64,000 nucleotides of DNA from Selaginella moellendorffii. Lineage: Eukaryota; Plantae; Lycopodiophyta. Below are positions 1-13,277 of the stretch, one piece after another; the stretch's first letter is position 1; each line of letters opens with the position of its first letter. Position numbers and translations under genes: made by a program. The stretch lies in NCBI RefSeq assembly GCF_000143415.4, contig NW_003314355.1, forward strand, positions 453,410 to 517,409, read 5' to 3'. Below the pieces are notes generated by a model. The model searched no databases. It was given only the letters and a program-made list of their open reading frames with translations, and was not told the origin of the DNA.

Positions 1-559
1 AAGGCTACAACAGGCAGCTTCTATTTAACTATTTATTAGAGCAAGAAAATATCATACTACAACTTACAGTTTCTCATTCCCTAGACATTCCTCAGATGCT
101 GCTCATAGAATTCCAGAAGTTGTAACTTGACTACCATAAAACATGAAAGAAGCAGCAAAAAAGTAGCATTCATGTTTTAAAAGTTTTTTTCTGTTATTGA
201 AAGATATCCAGAGGTTAACACTTTAGAGCCTTACAAGCACCTCATAAATTTCCCTTAAAGAGATGATGTGCAGTTCTATGGTTCTTTAAGAATACCTGCT
301 AGTTTGCATCTGTCTTGAACATGTCTTCGTTAGGTCCATTGGAGCAAAGGGTAAACATAAATGCAGAGTTTTCATAAATAGCATTTCCTTCCAAATACAG
401 AAGTGACAGGGATGAATTAGAATAGTGGAGGCATGAGAATACATAGGATATCATCTTCTATGAGGTACAATTCAGTAGAATACTTTTTTCTTTTATAATT
501 ACAAAAGTTTGAAACTTTTACAGATTAGTCTGGATGTGGCCTAAAGAAGAAAGATTGTA

Positions 560-1759
560 TGAAGGAAAGTTTGTATGAAATTGTAAATGTTTATCTTCAC
601 TTTCTCAAGCACATCAGGATTTTTCTTTAGGAAACCATCAGCCATCGAGTAGTGACCAGCGTTTATGTACATGTTGAGCATGTCTATGATTTCAGCGCTT
701 CCAGAAACTCTCCTTTGTCATCCAGCTCATCCATGAGCAACAAAAGAATGCTTGTTTCCTGTGGCTTTCTAGAAGCTCTTCGCTGGTTGATCAGGTCCTG
801 GATAAGCTTGATGACCTTTCACCTGGCCTGAGAATAAGAAAACATCACAAAACTATGTAAGACAATGCATATGGCTTTTACCTTCAAGGCTTTGTTGTAG
901 GCAGTGTTGGCGAAGTTGATGGGGAAAGCCTGAATGCCTTGGTTGTCAATGTAGTACAAGGAGAAATCTCATCCACATCGAGACTGGAGTCTTTCCTATA
1001 TAAAATGTAGAGGACAGTTAGATACATGAACTGTCATATCAGAAAAAACCAGTATCAACGAGAAAATAAGACAGAGAGGAAGTAAACATCACTTACCCTT
1101 CTCATCTCGGTAAGAAGAACAATCTTATAGCAACTAAAATTCTCATCGGTCGTGCTCATTAGTCATGACGACAGTGGATTTCTTGCTCTTATGGCAGCTG
1201 CCAATATCTTGACAACTCTAAGCTCAACGCAGGTTGCTCCATAGGCCACCTTGCAAGGCATGCTGTTGTAAGGCACATACTGCTTAAGAGCTTTGGGATT
1301 GTTCACAGTGACTCAGTAAGCTTCTGGAGCTTCAAGTAGCTCTCTTCAGTTAATCTTGCAAACAGATTTCGTTCAATGAGCACAACAGCGCTCTTTGGCC
1401 ATCCTGTCTCAAAGCTGTCTTTAGAGAGCACGAATTTGCATGCCTCTGGTGTGGCAACCAGGGCGTTGGGCTGCTAGAACAGAAAGGCCTTGTAAAACCC
1501 ACTCGATTATACCTGAAATCAAGAAGTGAGCCATGAAAGAGTATGGTAATCCAGACTTGAAGGCTCTGAGAAAAGCAGCCATGTTGATAAAGACGGGCCA
1601 TCCAAGCGGACCCGGTGGAAGTGGAGGCTGTCCCGGCTTTAGCACCGGCTCATAGTACCACTTGTGTATAAATCTCGAGAATGTCGGCAAAGCAGTCACT
1701 GCCATGTTGCTTTCCAGTGATAGAGGAGGAAGAACACCATAATGGTACAGCGTTGGCAC
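560..1759 (-). pseudogene. Cytochrome P450, CYP88A/ent-kaurenoic acid oxidase-like, disrupted; probably continues toward the window start
   Basis: ORF 1421-1759 encodes LKPGQPPLPPGPLGWPVFINMAAFLRAFKSG...SFM, the proline-rich hinge and following segment typical of CYP88A/KAO. Downstream exon-like pieces (GIQAFPINFANTAYNKALK; DMLNMYINAGHYS, an I-helix-like AGHES relic) are bounded by GT/AG, but the frame is broken by stops and frameshifts. Confidence 0.7.
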
Positions 1760-2399
1760 TCAACACAAAATTTCAAGATTGTATCCCCACTGCAAGAATA
1801 TGGCAACCATAAATTCTCTGCCTTTCATTATAGAGCTCAACACTGAATCTCAGTAGTTTCCAATCAAAAGAACCAAAATAAATAAATCCCAGCCTTTCTG
1901 CCACTCCTGGGAATAAGAAGGGAGACCTGCAATAGGAAAACCAGGCTGTAAAACACACAAGCACCTCCAAAAGCTCATTCATTGGAAATAAGAACAACTA
2001 CTTTTCCTAGAATTCGACATATTCTACTTTACCATAAATTATCTGGACACAGTGTCATGAGTTTAAGGTAGATTAAACCTGCAATCCTTACTATTATGTG
2101 CTGAGATTACTTCATTTTCACATTTTTACATCTTCATTTTCTGATCCATCTTTTCTCCTACAGAAACATCAAACGTCAGTAAGTGATCCACATCAATGAG
2201 GCCACAAAGATATCAGAGTCAATAACAATAAAAAGAATAGTTGTATTGATTGTGAGCCATTAGCTTGAATGCCACAGCAGTTTGTAAAAATAATCACAAG
2301 ACTGGATGTGTAGTTTACAATGGCACAAAAGGGAAGAGACCTCTCTTACCTCACTCATTTGATCGAGAAAAACATGACTTGTCATCTTTCTCTCACATA

Positions 2400-3720
2400 A
2401 ACAAAGTGAGCAAATGAAAGGAGTTGAGAATGTAAAGGCACACATACCTGGTGAGCTCAATGACACAGCAAAAGTGTCCATGGCAACGTCAATCCTAGAG
2501 GCCCCATCTCGATCAGGTTGCTTGCATTCTAGAATTGCTGCTGGATCATCGTTGCCATCTTCACTCGGACTGGGACTCAGCTCAAAAGTAATGATGTTTG
2601 TCGAGATAAATGCTACTTTCTTCATGAATGACAAATATCATTGGTGTTATTCAGACTGAGAAGGACCGTCTCCATTATAAAGCCACACTAATAAAAAAGA
2701 GCATAAGTGAAAGCAATGGAAAACATGAGAGCAATACCAAGAAAAGAACAAAAGAAGGAAGCAAGAACGAATGTTGGAGTTCTATACTTGTGTTTGCAAG
2801 TGAATCCAAGCGTTCCCTTGCTGGCCTGGCATACTCACAAGAGGAGGACACAAAAGGCCTCGTCCAGTAGTTTTATCATTGGCACCGCCAAGGTTCCACT
2901 GCCACCAAGGCCAGCAAGCCCAATTTCCGTCCAGCTGCTCGCCTAAAGAGATTGCAGGATTTTGCAACTTCTACCACATTCTGTTCATCATTTGGTTTTA
3001 CTGTTACTTTGAAAGATTGAATCAGCAACTCACCACAGCTGAGAACAGTTTGAACCAGCTACGTTCTGGCACATAAGAAAATTGGTATGCTATTCACATG
3101 GAATCACGTCAAGGATTGAGCAACTGAAACTAAGCTTTTCATCAAGGCAAGAAGAAATAAAAAATGAAATAAATTACCAGTCCTCCCCCCTGGTCAAGCA
3201 GATAAATTCTAATTTCTGACCCACTGCATTGGCCAGTGCCGGGTGCTTCCTGGCCTGAGTGGCATGGCACAAGATCAGATCACCCAAAAAAACACAAAAC
3301 TTGAGGAGTTACCTGCTAATTTCCAAAGCTTTCTCATGGAACCCAAGGAGAGCCTCTTCCCACAATAGTCCACTTTCTTTTTTTATTGAAACGACCAAGG
3401 AAACAAACAGCCTGTCAAACACACTTGAGGAGAGTTACTTACCTCCTAAACCTGATCAGCTGCTGATGGTGAACGTATCACCTGGCTCTTTTCAATCTTG
3501 GCATATGCAACTCACTGTCCTTGGCAAATAAAAAGGTTTTGCAGGATGCTCGTCAGTGCTCTGGTATGGAGCGCTGAGCTTGTTGACCACATGCAAACCA
3601 GCCAGTTCTCGCCTCTCTAGGATGTTCCTTTTGACAGAAGAATAGTATGCAATGGCCAGCTCAATCCAGGGCATTGGAATTTGAAGACATCACAGCCAAT
3701 TCATGCATCTACAAGAACAA
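2400..3720 (-). pseudogene. Degenerate multi-exon gene of unrecognised family
   Basis: Several minus-strand exon-like blocks are bounded by splice donors (e.g. near 2447, 3177, 3312, 3442) and carry in-frame stops. A (TC)n tract lies upstream, typical of plant 5' UTRs. Family not recognised. Confidence 0.3.
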
Positions 3721-3752
3721 ACAATGGAGGCTGAAGTGGAATCCAGAAAAGC

Positions 3753-3754
<2 letters not shown>

Positions 3755-3797
<43 letters not shown>

Positions 3798-3804
3798 AGA
3801 GAGA
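3755..3804. repeat. (GA)n microsatellite
   Basis: Direct reading: an almost perfect AG run of ~50 bp. Confidence 0.95.
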
Positions 3805-4529
3805 GCTCACAATATGCCTAATCGCCCTAAATTTTTTCTCTTGATTTGGATCGTCATTAAAAAATTGAAGAGTTGCCACCCCTTTGGCACTTGATCTATG
3901 CCCTCTATTTGAAGTTTTTGAATTTGAACCGTTAGATTATAAGTATATTTAGAAATAATATTCTAAAAATGGAATAAAAGACGCCGGATGCCATATGCCA
4001 ATAGCACGTTTAAATAAGGGAGTATGATATTTAAAATTTATAAATAGTTTATTCTACCATCTAGTCAGTAAGCTTAATCTTGTGTTTATTTTAATTGATC
4101 AATTAGATTAACAGATAACACAAAACAGGAATAACACTATTATTAATCAAACTAAGCACCACTGCATACAACAAATTATTTCTTTTATGCTAAGCTCAAA
4201 ACTTAATAATATTAATGTATTTCACACCTATAGTCTCTTACATAGGAAGAACATATCACCAAATTGTATTTGTGGGTAACTATGAAGTAGAGGATCACAA
4301 CTTTACATTTGTATGTTTAGGCTAGTGGTAAGTTTGGATCCACTCTTATGTCTAGTTTCAAATCATCCATCACTCATTAGCAATTTTATATATATCATAT
4401 TGCTCTAGGTAAACCTTCTTCTCTTTAAAATATATAGAGCTTTATTTCTCTTCTCTTTGCAATGATGAAAGCAGTTAGGAGGATTTTCATTCTTTTTGTT
4501 CTTATTGCCAGTTGCTATAGACCTTTGGT

Positions 4530-5446
4530 TAGAAGGGCTAACTTGATTGCACTATGAAGTGTAGGGGATGCCTTTGAGGTCATAATCAATAACTTAAAAG
4601 TTTGGTAAATTTAATATCTATTGGTAAACCCGTTAAAGTGTCAATATGAGATCACTAGATGATCTTATGGCTAAAAAAGAATAAACTCCTTATTAGGTCA
4701 AGGAATAAAATTCGTAGTTCATAATGTTAATTTGAACTATTAATAATAATGCAACTTAGTCACGGTGGCCAAATGGGAAAGATACCTAGGTGAAATGAAT
4801 ATAATGGTATTGTGAGTTTAATAAAGTAGTATTTAAAAAAAAACCTATGAGAGGGTCACAAAATTGGGCCATAAATAAAGCCCCTAGCAAAAAATGCTAA
4901 AGAAACTTATTAAGGTTGAACACCCTTTGAATTTGGCAAAACAAAACCTTTACTATAAAACCAAAAAAATACTTCAAGGATAGAAATAATGATCTTATGT
5001 TGCTTGGTGCAATAATCAATGATAGGAACAAAAAATTAATAGCAAAAAATAGGCTATAGAAATCATTGGAAGGAATCTAAATGACAAAATCAGGGAAGAA
5101 ACACTCATGTATTAGATGTTAATAAATTGTGAATTTTTTTTTTTTTTTCCAAGAATGGATTCCCAAATGCTCCAATTTAGCAAAAGTAAAAACTCTAAAG
5201 AAAAGAGTGGTAAGGTACTTAAATGATAGGGTTATGCACAATCCTAACACAATTTATAGATAAATGAAACTTAGTGTTTAAAGTGAGAGGATGATGGTAC
5301 ATTCAAGTAAAGAACTTCCTAGGATGGAGAAATGAAGTTTGTGTAACATATGCAATGCAAAATGTTGGATACACATAGAAAATTGATTTGAAATGCCAAT
5401 ATTAAAGTTCTAAAGTGCGATGTTTATATTGGTAAAGGTTGAGGTT
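4530..5446 (+). mobile_element. Old AT-shifted relic of the internal region of non-autonomous element B
   Basis: Aligns by eye to ~25600-26540 (e.g. gagatcactagatgatcttatggc vs gagatcactaggtgatcttatggc; atgttgcttggtgcaataatcaatgatagga vs atgttgcttggtgcaacaatcaacggatagga) with many C>T/G>A changes. Confidence 0.75.
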
Positions 5447-7168
5447 GTAGCGCACATGGTTTTTACCCTTTATCTTATGGTGATTTACTATAAGATAACC
5501 ACGAAGCAAAACCTAAATCCTCTATATGCCACATGTAACATGCCACGTGTCCAAAGGACAATGGTGTGGAACCCAAGTTTTAGGGCCTTGGGCCACTGAA
5601 TGTAGAAATGGTGCCAAACTCCCAAGCATAAAGTGTCGCGAATGTAACTTCGGGTATCGAAAGTTACCTGTCAACTAGTCCTTACGGACACTCTTACCTT
5701 ACTGCCACGATGGCAGGAGGTCGGTATTGCTGGGCCCGTTATCAGTCTCCGCCTAAGCTAGTTGAGAAACTGGTCTTCGCGTGTGCACTTGACCAGATGG
5801 GCATAAGGACGGAATTCCTACGTGCTATTTGTCAAGCATACTTGACCTGGTTAGAGAAACTCATTCGTTGACTTGCACTTGCTAGTGTTGGGAACCCCCG
5901 CGATATTGAGATTGGTCCCTCAATATCGCTAGATGATAGCTTACCGTGTCTGCCAAACACCCTCGCTATCATGCCCTTTGTGTTAGTCTCAATTCGGTCC
6001 CAAAAGCTATTTATGGAAAGTGTCCAGATTTGCTCATTTGGCATATCTACAAAATGTAGAGATCGTCCTGAACTCAATGGTGTTTGTCTCGTGTCCAAAT
6101 TCGCAATCTAAGGACATTCCATATTTAGTAAGTTTCGAGTTTGTCCCAGAGACTAACTCCTAATACTAAGGGAGGCTTGGGTGAAAGCCCAAAGTGTGTG
6201 TTCCTCAAGGGGGGGGGGGGCTGTGGGGGGTTCCAAATGTATAGTAGGGATAGTGGGTAGGTCAGGCATGGCCGACCAACCTGAGGCATAGTCTAGCTCC
6301 CGCTTGCGTGCCTGTCCTTGTTTTGCGTCCGGCTTGGGTCTAAGCCCAAGTTCCATTCCATGTTAGCTGGTGGAGTACCCATATCCTCGCGTTAGGCCAC
6401 CGGTATGCCGAAATAGCGCCAAACTCCGTTTGGCTCCGTTTTGTGTGTTGGTCCTGGCATTGGGATGCTGGTTGCTCTAGGACTGTTCCAAGTCACTCCG
6501 GACTCCTGTCCCTTCGCTCCTTGGGCTTTATGCTCGAGAGTTGCTCCATGGATCGGTTTTGTCACTCCTTGGCTCCATGCTTGGGAGTTTGGCACCGTTC
6601 TCTCGTTCAGTGGCCCAAGACCCTGAACCTCGGTTTCCTGTGGACACGTGGCATGGACACGTGGCATCTGTCACGTGGCACAAAGAGGGTTTAGGTTCCG
6701 CTTTGTGGTGTTATCCTATGGTAAATCACCATAGGATAAAGGGTCAAAACCACGTGCGCTACAATAAAGCCAAAGAGCAATGGCACTAAAGCACGGAATG
6801 ACTCCTGAGTATACAGCCCAAGGAGAGAAAGGACAAGAGCAAAGAGCAACTTGGATCAGTCCTAGAGCAATCAACATCCCAATGCCAAGAACAACACACA
6901 AAACGGAGCCAAACGGAGTCTCAAGGATATGGGTATTCCACCAGCTAGCATGGTGTGGAACTTGGGCTTAAACCCAAATTAGACGCAAAACAAAGATAGG
7001 TATGCAAACAGGAGCTAGATTATGCCTTAGGTTGGTCATCTATGCCCAACCTACCCACTATCCCTACTATACATTTGAAACCCCCCATATCCCTCCCCCC
7101 CCCCTCCCTTTTGAGGGACACATGCTTTGTGCTTTCACCCCAAGCCTCCCTTAGTACTAAGAGTTAGT
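5447..7168 (+). mobile_element. LTR family E fragment (TGTAGCGCAC start), interrupted by a composite insert 5634-6763 (LTR-D plus an inverted LTR-E)
   Basis: 5447-5633 continues at 6764-7168. An inverted copy of the same LTR at ~6152-6763 forms a long imperfect inverted repeat. ATAAAG is duplicated at 5628-5633 and 6764-6769. It shares gggtgaaagcccaaag and gtatagtaggg with LTR-A and LTR-B. Confidence 0.6.
5634..5905 (+). mobile_element. LTR family D copy
   Basis: Starts TGTCGCG and ends CGCGATA (degenerate terminal IR). Near-identical start to 16713-16933, which follows a polypurine tract. Confidence 0.6.
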
Positions 7169-7670
7169 TGTAAGTGATTAAATTTTTCATTCTACTTTAG
7201 TCACTTAACTACACTTCCGACCACTTGGAAGAGTCTCACTCACAATCTCCATAAGTCTTATTTTGGACTTAGGGACTTGCTAGCCCCAAGAATGGCATCC
7301 ATGCCACTCAACCATTGCACTTGGTCTAAGTGCTCTATGTGTTCAATCCCATGACCGACACCCCAAGGTACCATTGACATATCAGCCCGTTACACTAAGG
7401 CCATGCCCATTCACCTTAGTCACACTAGTGGTCTGACACCACCTACATCACAATCCCATCTCTCAAAAACTAAGCCATCCGTCCATGAGTGATCATCCCA
7501 AATCCACTCCTTAGCATCCTTAGGATGCCCACAGACATGGGGAATAGCCTTCCCTAATATCCCTTTTCCGGTCCCCACCAAGTCCTTTTTTGCCCATGGC
7601 CGTGTTTGCCAACACTGCCACTGGATCGAGGCCCACAAGCCTGACCACTAAGTCCCATAGTCCTCTAGGA
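7169..7670 (-). mobile_element. Inverted LTR-B-related LTR, 3' part (continues at 50924-51351)
   Basis: Reverse complement matches the 3' end of LTR-B (…aaagtagaatggaaaatttagtcgcttaca). It is split by outer element A at TSD TAGGA. Confidence 0.85.
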
Positions 7671-8828
7671 TGTAAGGAACCAACTTGCCGAGGTGTCGTA
7701 GGCTAAAGGAACCTCGAAAGCATGACAAAAATGACAAAGAGTTCATCGGATGGGACCAAGTCGAAGATCGAGTCTAAGACCGACTCTAGGACCGAGTTTG
7801 AGATAGAGTCCAGAATCGACTCAGGGACCGAGTTCGAGTCCGAGTTCGAGACCGAGTTCGAGACGGAGTCCGAGATCCGAAATCAGGTCCGAGACCGAGT
7901 CCGAGGTTGGGTCCGAGGTTGGGTCCGAGATCGGGTCCAAGATCGAGTCCGAGATCGAGTCCGAGACCGAATCCGAAGTCGGATCCAAAATCGGGTCCGA
8001 GATCGAGCCAGAGACTAAGTCCAAATACTAATACGGGTCAAGGGGTGAAAGCCCAAAGCGTGCATCTCCCACTGGGGGGGGGTTGCAGGGGGTTCNNNNN
8101 NNNNNNNNNNNNNNNNNNNNNNNNNNNNNNNNNNNNNNNNNNNNNNNNNNNNNNNNNNNNNNNNNNNNNNNNNNNNNNNNNNNNNNNNNNNNNNNGGTTG
8201 AGACTGGGGCCGAGGGGCCTTGGGTGGGAGTGAGCATGGGCTTGGGTGGTGCTGGAGGGGCCATCCAAGGAAGTGCTCAAGAGCAGCTCCCACTCCCGAA
8301 AGGGAAACCGATTGCGGTGCTCCCGGCTCAGGTGGAGTGGTGCCCCACTTGAGTACCATGCGACTCATTGGTTCTCGCCCTTCTGAGGGGCTTGGGCCTT
8401 CCTTCGGGATGGAAGTGGGGGGGTAGAGGTACCCATACCGGGCCGCTAGGCCACGGTGTTTCGCCCCGACGTTCTGAAGCAAGTATTGCACTCAAGACTT
8501 GGGATTTAGAGGGTCCCATGATCAAGTCTTGTGGTACCAAGGGATGTTAGGAACCTGGAAGCTTGGTGTGCTTGGCTGCTTGTGCTTGCGGGGAGTGTAG
8601 CCGAACCTTAAGTCCAGTCTAACCCGAGGAGGGGGATTGGGAGAGATTTGGGAATCCATGGAAGGATGGCTAACACTCCGGTGCTCGTACAGTAAGTAGC
8701 TGAAACCAAGTAGGAGCTGGTACCATAGGCGAGAACCTTGGCAAGGGAATTTAGCAAAAGCCAAGGCAGTGTTGGACGGATAGACGAGGTAAGTTGGCAA
8801 ATTGGAAAGGAAAAATTTGTGGCTTACA
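7671..8828 (+). repeat. 5' LTR of outer A (contains a 100-N gap at 8096-8195 and CCGAGN hexamer repeats)
   Basis: TGTAAGG…GCTTACA; homologous to three other LTR-A copies. Confidence 0.95.
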
Positions 8829-8831
8829 ATT

Positions 8832-8843
8832 TGGTATCGGAGC
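8832..8843 (+). promoter_or_regulatory. Primer binding site, tRNA-iMet type
   Basis: TGGTATCGGAGC, 3 nt after the LTR. Also present after the inner A 5' LTR (~11937) and at ~22800 in element B. Confidence 0.85.
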
Positions 8844-8887
8844 GTTTTCCTCAGTTCTAGCGAAGGATAGAGGCGGATTGCTGGGAG

Positions 8888-10783
8888 ATGGCAAGGGCAG
8901 TGTGTAAGCGAACCCAGGCGGAGACAGAACCTCCGCCGGAGCTGGAGCCTCCGGTCGAACAAGAGGCTATGGATGAGGAATCCTTGCATGAGGAGGACTC
9001 TAGTGAGGAAACTTCCAAACAGGAGTCCGGTGGCGAGGTTCGGTCGTCCAAGGCTCGATTGGACGTGCTAGAAGGACAGTTGGCATAGACCAATGCCCTG
9101 CTAGAGACTCTCGTACGCAAGCTAAAGCGTGACGAGAAGCGGAAGAAAAAGAGAAAGACTGCGGATGCTGGCAGCGCAGAAGGTGCGGACCCTTCGGCAG
9201 GGACTGAGGCAAAACCAGACAAGGTCGAACAGACCGAAGTGGAATCAGTCCCTCAGGCAGTTCCCAAGTACAAACCAAAGCCCCCACCGGTCTTCAAGGG
9301 AGTGAACGACTATAAGGTGGTGGAGGATTGGTTTTACGATATGGAGGACTACTTCCGAGCGTTGCGGTTACCGAGCTCGGAGAAGGTCCCATGTGCAAAA
9401 CCATACTTGGCAGATAATGCCAAGTCTTGGTGGAGAACGACGGAGGCCAACGAAGGACCGGTGGCCACTTGGGACATGATGAAGGTGAGGATTCGCGCAA
9501 CATACGTTCCTCCGAATGCCACTCTGCATCTGAGAGATGAGCTGAGTAGGCTAAAGCAGACTGGAACTATCCAGGAATATGTGAATGGGTTCATGGCAAA
9601 GAGGATACTTGTCACGGACATGGGGGATATGGATGCGTTCCATGCCTTCATATCGGGTTTGCAAACCTGGGCTCGCGGTGAGGTGATGCGCTGGAACCCG
9701 ACCAACTACAAGGAAGCGTTGGATGCGGCCATCAAGGTGTATTTCAACGATAACTTGCGAAAGGGGAACACGACGGGGTCGGGATCCACGTTTAGCAAAG
9801 GGGCCAAACCAAGGGGAACATATAGCAGGGGGAAATTCAAGAAGAGTTTCTCTAAGAATGAGTCCTCGGGGTTCCGGAAAGGCAAATCCGGTGGCCAGCG
9901 AGCGAGTACGTGGGGGAGTCAAGCGAAAAGAGACAAACCCACAGATAAAAAGGTCAAGTCGTATAGCAGTGTGGGAAACAACGTATGTTACAATTGCGGT
10001 GAAGCGGGACACTTTTCGAGGGAATGTCCCTACCCAAAGAAGGCCAGAGCCAATATGGCCATCAAGTCGAGTGAAGTCCAAACTGAGGTATGTGATCCAG
10101 TCCCTAACTCAAAGTTACTCATTACACGAGCAACTTTGGTAGAGAGTCGTTCGCGACATCTACTAGCCCTCCGAGGGAAGCTCGGAGGTAGCTTTGTTAA
10201 GATCCTTATTGACACGGGTGCTTCGGATAATTTTGTGGCTACAGACATAATCCGGCAAGCCGGACTAACGGTGCAGCGGCTAGGCAAACCAAGGACTATA
10301 GAGTTTGTTCAAGGTAGCCAAAGCACCAATGAGGTACTTCGACAAGCAAGAGTTGAAGTAGGGACATGGAAAGTGGACATGGATTTCACCATGTTGGACA
10401 TGGCGGGATTTGACGTGATCTTCGGAATGGATTGGTTCAATCGGTTCGTGGTAGCCCTGCATGGACAAGGTAGAACCTTGTGGTACTGGCAAATGCCCAA
10501 GGAAGAAGATCTAGGGTGGAGGCCCAGGATCTAAAGGTAGGGCAAAGCAAGGCCAAAGAATCCTGCTTAAACCTGGTGTCCACGAGAGGACAACTCACTA
10601 AAGGAACTAAGGCAGCTTTTTTGTGGTTACTCTCGGTGAAGAGTGACAAAAAGACAGGAATGGAAGAAGTACCTTTAGTGATCCGACGGGTGTTGGACCA
10701 ATTCCACGATACCATGCCGGAGGAGCTACCGGCGGGGTTGCCCCCCGCACGACCGATAGAACATAAGATTGAGTTGGTCGAGG
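8888..10783 (+). pseudogene. gag: gag (CCHC zinc knuckle) and aspartic protease of outer A
   Basis: Retrotrans_gag-like core, CYNCGEAGHFSREC, ILIDTGASDNF. Stop TAG at 9086-9088 (CAG in the inner copy) and a 1-nt deletion near 10473. Interrupted at 10783 by the inner A copy. Confidence 0.9.
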
Positions 10784-11992
10784 TGTAAGGAACCAACTCG
10801 CCGAGGTGTCGTAGGCTAAAGGAACCCCGAAAGCATGACCAAAATGACAAAGAGTTCATCGGATGGGACCAAGTCGAAGATCGAGTCCGAGACCGACTCT
10901 AAGACCGAGTTCAAGATAGAGTCCGGAATCGAGTCCGAGACCGACTCGGGGACCGAGTTTGAGTCCGAGTTCGAGACAGAGTTCGAGACGGAGTTCGAGA
11001 TCCGAAATCGGGTCCGAGACCGAGTCCGAGGTCGAGTCCGAGGTCGGGTCCGAGGTCGGGTCCGAGATCGAGTCCGAAATCGAGTCCGAGACCGAATCCG
11101 AAGTCGGATCCGAAATCGGGTCCGAGATCGAGCCAGAGACTAAGTCCAAATACTAATACGGGTCAAGGGGTGAAAGCCCAAAGCGTGCGTCTCCCAGGGG
11201 GGGGGGGGGCTGCAAGGGGTTCCAAAAGTATAGTAGGGATAGTGAGGTCCAGGAACCAGTTTTGAAAGGACTCTCCAGTTGGGCTTCCAAACCGACTTGA
11301 GGTTGGGACTGGGACCGAGGGGCCTTGGGTGGGAGTGAGCATGGACTTGGTTGGTGCCAGAGGGGCCATCCAAGGAAGTGCTCAAGAGCAGCTCCCACTC
11401 CCGAAAGGGAAACCGATTGCGGTGCTCCCGGCTCAGGTGGAGTGGTGCCCCATTTGAGTACCATACGGCTCATTGGTCCTCGCCCTTCCGAGGGGCTTGG
11501 GCCTTCCTTCGGGATGGAAGTGGGGGGGTAGAGGTACCCATACCGGGCCGCTAGGCCACGGTGTTTCGCCCCGACGTTCTGAAGCAAGTATTGCACTCAA
11601 GACTTGGGATTTAGAGGGTCCCATGATCAAGTCTTGTGGTACCAAGGGGTGTTAAGAATCTAGAAGCTTGGTGTGCTTGGTTGCTTGTGCTTGCGGGGAG
11701 TGTAGCCGAACCTTAAGTCCAGTCTAACCCGGGGAGGGGGATTGGGAGTGATTTGGGAATCCGTGGATGGATGGCTAACACTCTAGTGCTCATGCAGTGA
11801 GTAGCTGAAACCAAGTAGGAGCTGGTACCATAGGCGAGAACCTTGGCAAGGGAACTTAGTAAAAGCCAAGGTGGTGTTGGACGGATAGACGAGATAAGCT
11901 GGCAAATTGGAAAGGAAAAATTTGTGGCTTACAATTTGGTATCGGAGCGTTTTCCTCAGTTCTAGCGAAGGATAGAGGCGGATTGCTGGGAG

Positions 11993-13277
11993 ATGGCAAG
12001 GGCAGCGCGTAAGCAAACCCAGGCGGAGACAGAACCTCCGCCGGAGCTGGAGCCTCCGGTTGAACCCGAGGCTATGGATGAGGAATCCTTGCATGAGGAG
12101 GACTCTAGTGAGGAAACTTCCAAACGGTTTATGGTTTATATTCCTTAATGGCATTAAGGAATACCGACTTAAGGAAAACCGGTGGCGAGGTTCGGTCGTC
12201 CAAAGCTCGATTGGACGTGCTAGAAGGACAGTTGGCACAGACCAAGCATTGGATGCAGCCATCAAGGTGCATTTCAACGATAACCTGCGAAAGGGGAACA
12301 CGACGGGGTTGGGATCCATGTTTAGCAAAGGGGCCAAACCAAGGGGAACGTATAGCAGGGGGAAATTCAAGAAGAGTTTCTCTAAGAATGAGTCCTCGGG
12401 GTTCCGAAAAGGCAAATCCGGTGGCCAGCGAGCGAGTACGTGGGGGAGTCAAGCGAAAAGAGACAAACCCACGGATAAAAAGGTCAAGTCGTATAGCAGC
12501 ATGGGAAACAACGTATGCTACAACTGCGGTGAAGCGGGACACTTTTCGAGGGAATGTCCCTACCCGAAGAAGGCCAGAGCCAATATAGCTATCAAGTCGG
12601 GTGAAGTCCAAAATGAGGTATGTGATCCAGTCCCTAACTCAAAGTTACTCATTACACGAGCAACTTTGGTAGAGAGTCGTTCGCGACATCTACTCTCCCT
12701 CCGAGGGAAGCTCGGAGGTAGCTTTGTTAAGATCCTTATTGACACGGGTGCTTCGGATAATTTTGTGGCTGCAGACATAGTCCGGCAAGCCGGACTAACA
12801 GTGCAGCGGCTAGGCGAACCAAGGACTATAGAGTTTGTTCAAGGTAGCCAAAGCACCGATGAGGTACTTCGACAAGCAAGAGTCGAAGTAGGGACATGGA
12901 AAGTGGACATGGATTTCACCGTGTTGGACATGGCGGGATTTGACGTGATCTTCGGAATGGATTGGTTCAATCGGTTCGTGGTAGCCCTGCATGGACAAGG
13001 TAGGAACCTTGTGGTACTGGCGAATGCCCAAGGAAGAAGATCTAGAGTGGAGGCCCAGGATCTAAAGGTAGGGCAAAGCAAGGCCAAAGAATCCTGCTTA
13101 AACCTGGTGTCCATGAGAGGACAACTCACTAAAGGAACTAAGGCAGCCTTTTTGTGCTTACTCTCGGTGGAGAGTGACAAAAAGACAGGAACGGAAGAAG
13201 TACCTTTAGTGCTCCAGCGGGTGTTGGACCAATTCCAGGATACCATGCCGGAGGAGCTACCGGTGGGGTTGCCCCCC
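11993..13277 (+). pseudogene. gag: gag (about 0.6 kb internally deleted) and protease of inner A
   Basis: Homologous to 8888-10746, but jumps from …gcacagaccaa to gcattggatgc at ~12245, losing the capsid core. Zinc knuckle and DTG protease are retained. Confidence 0.85.
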
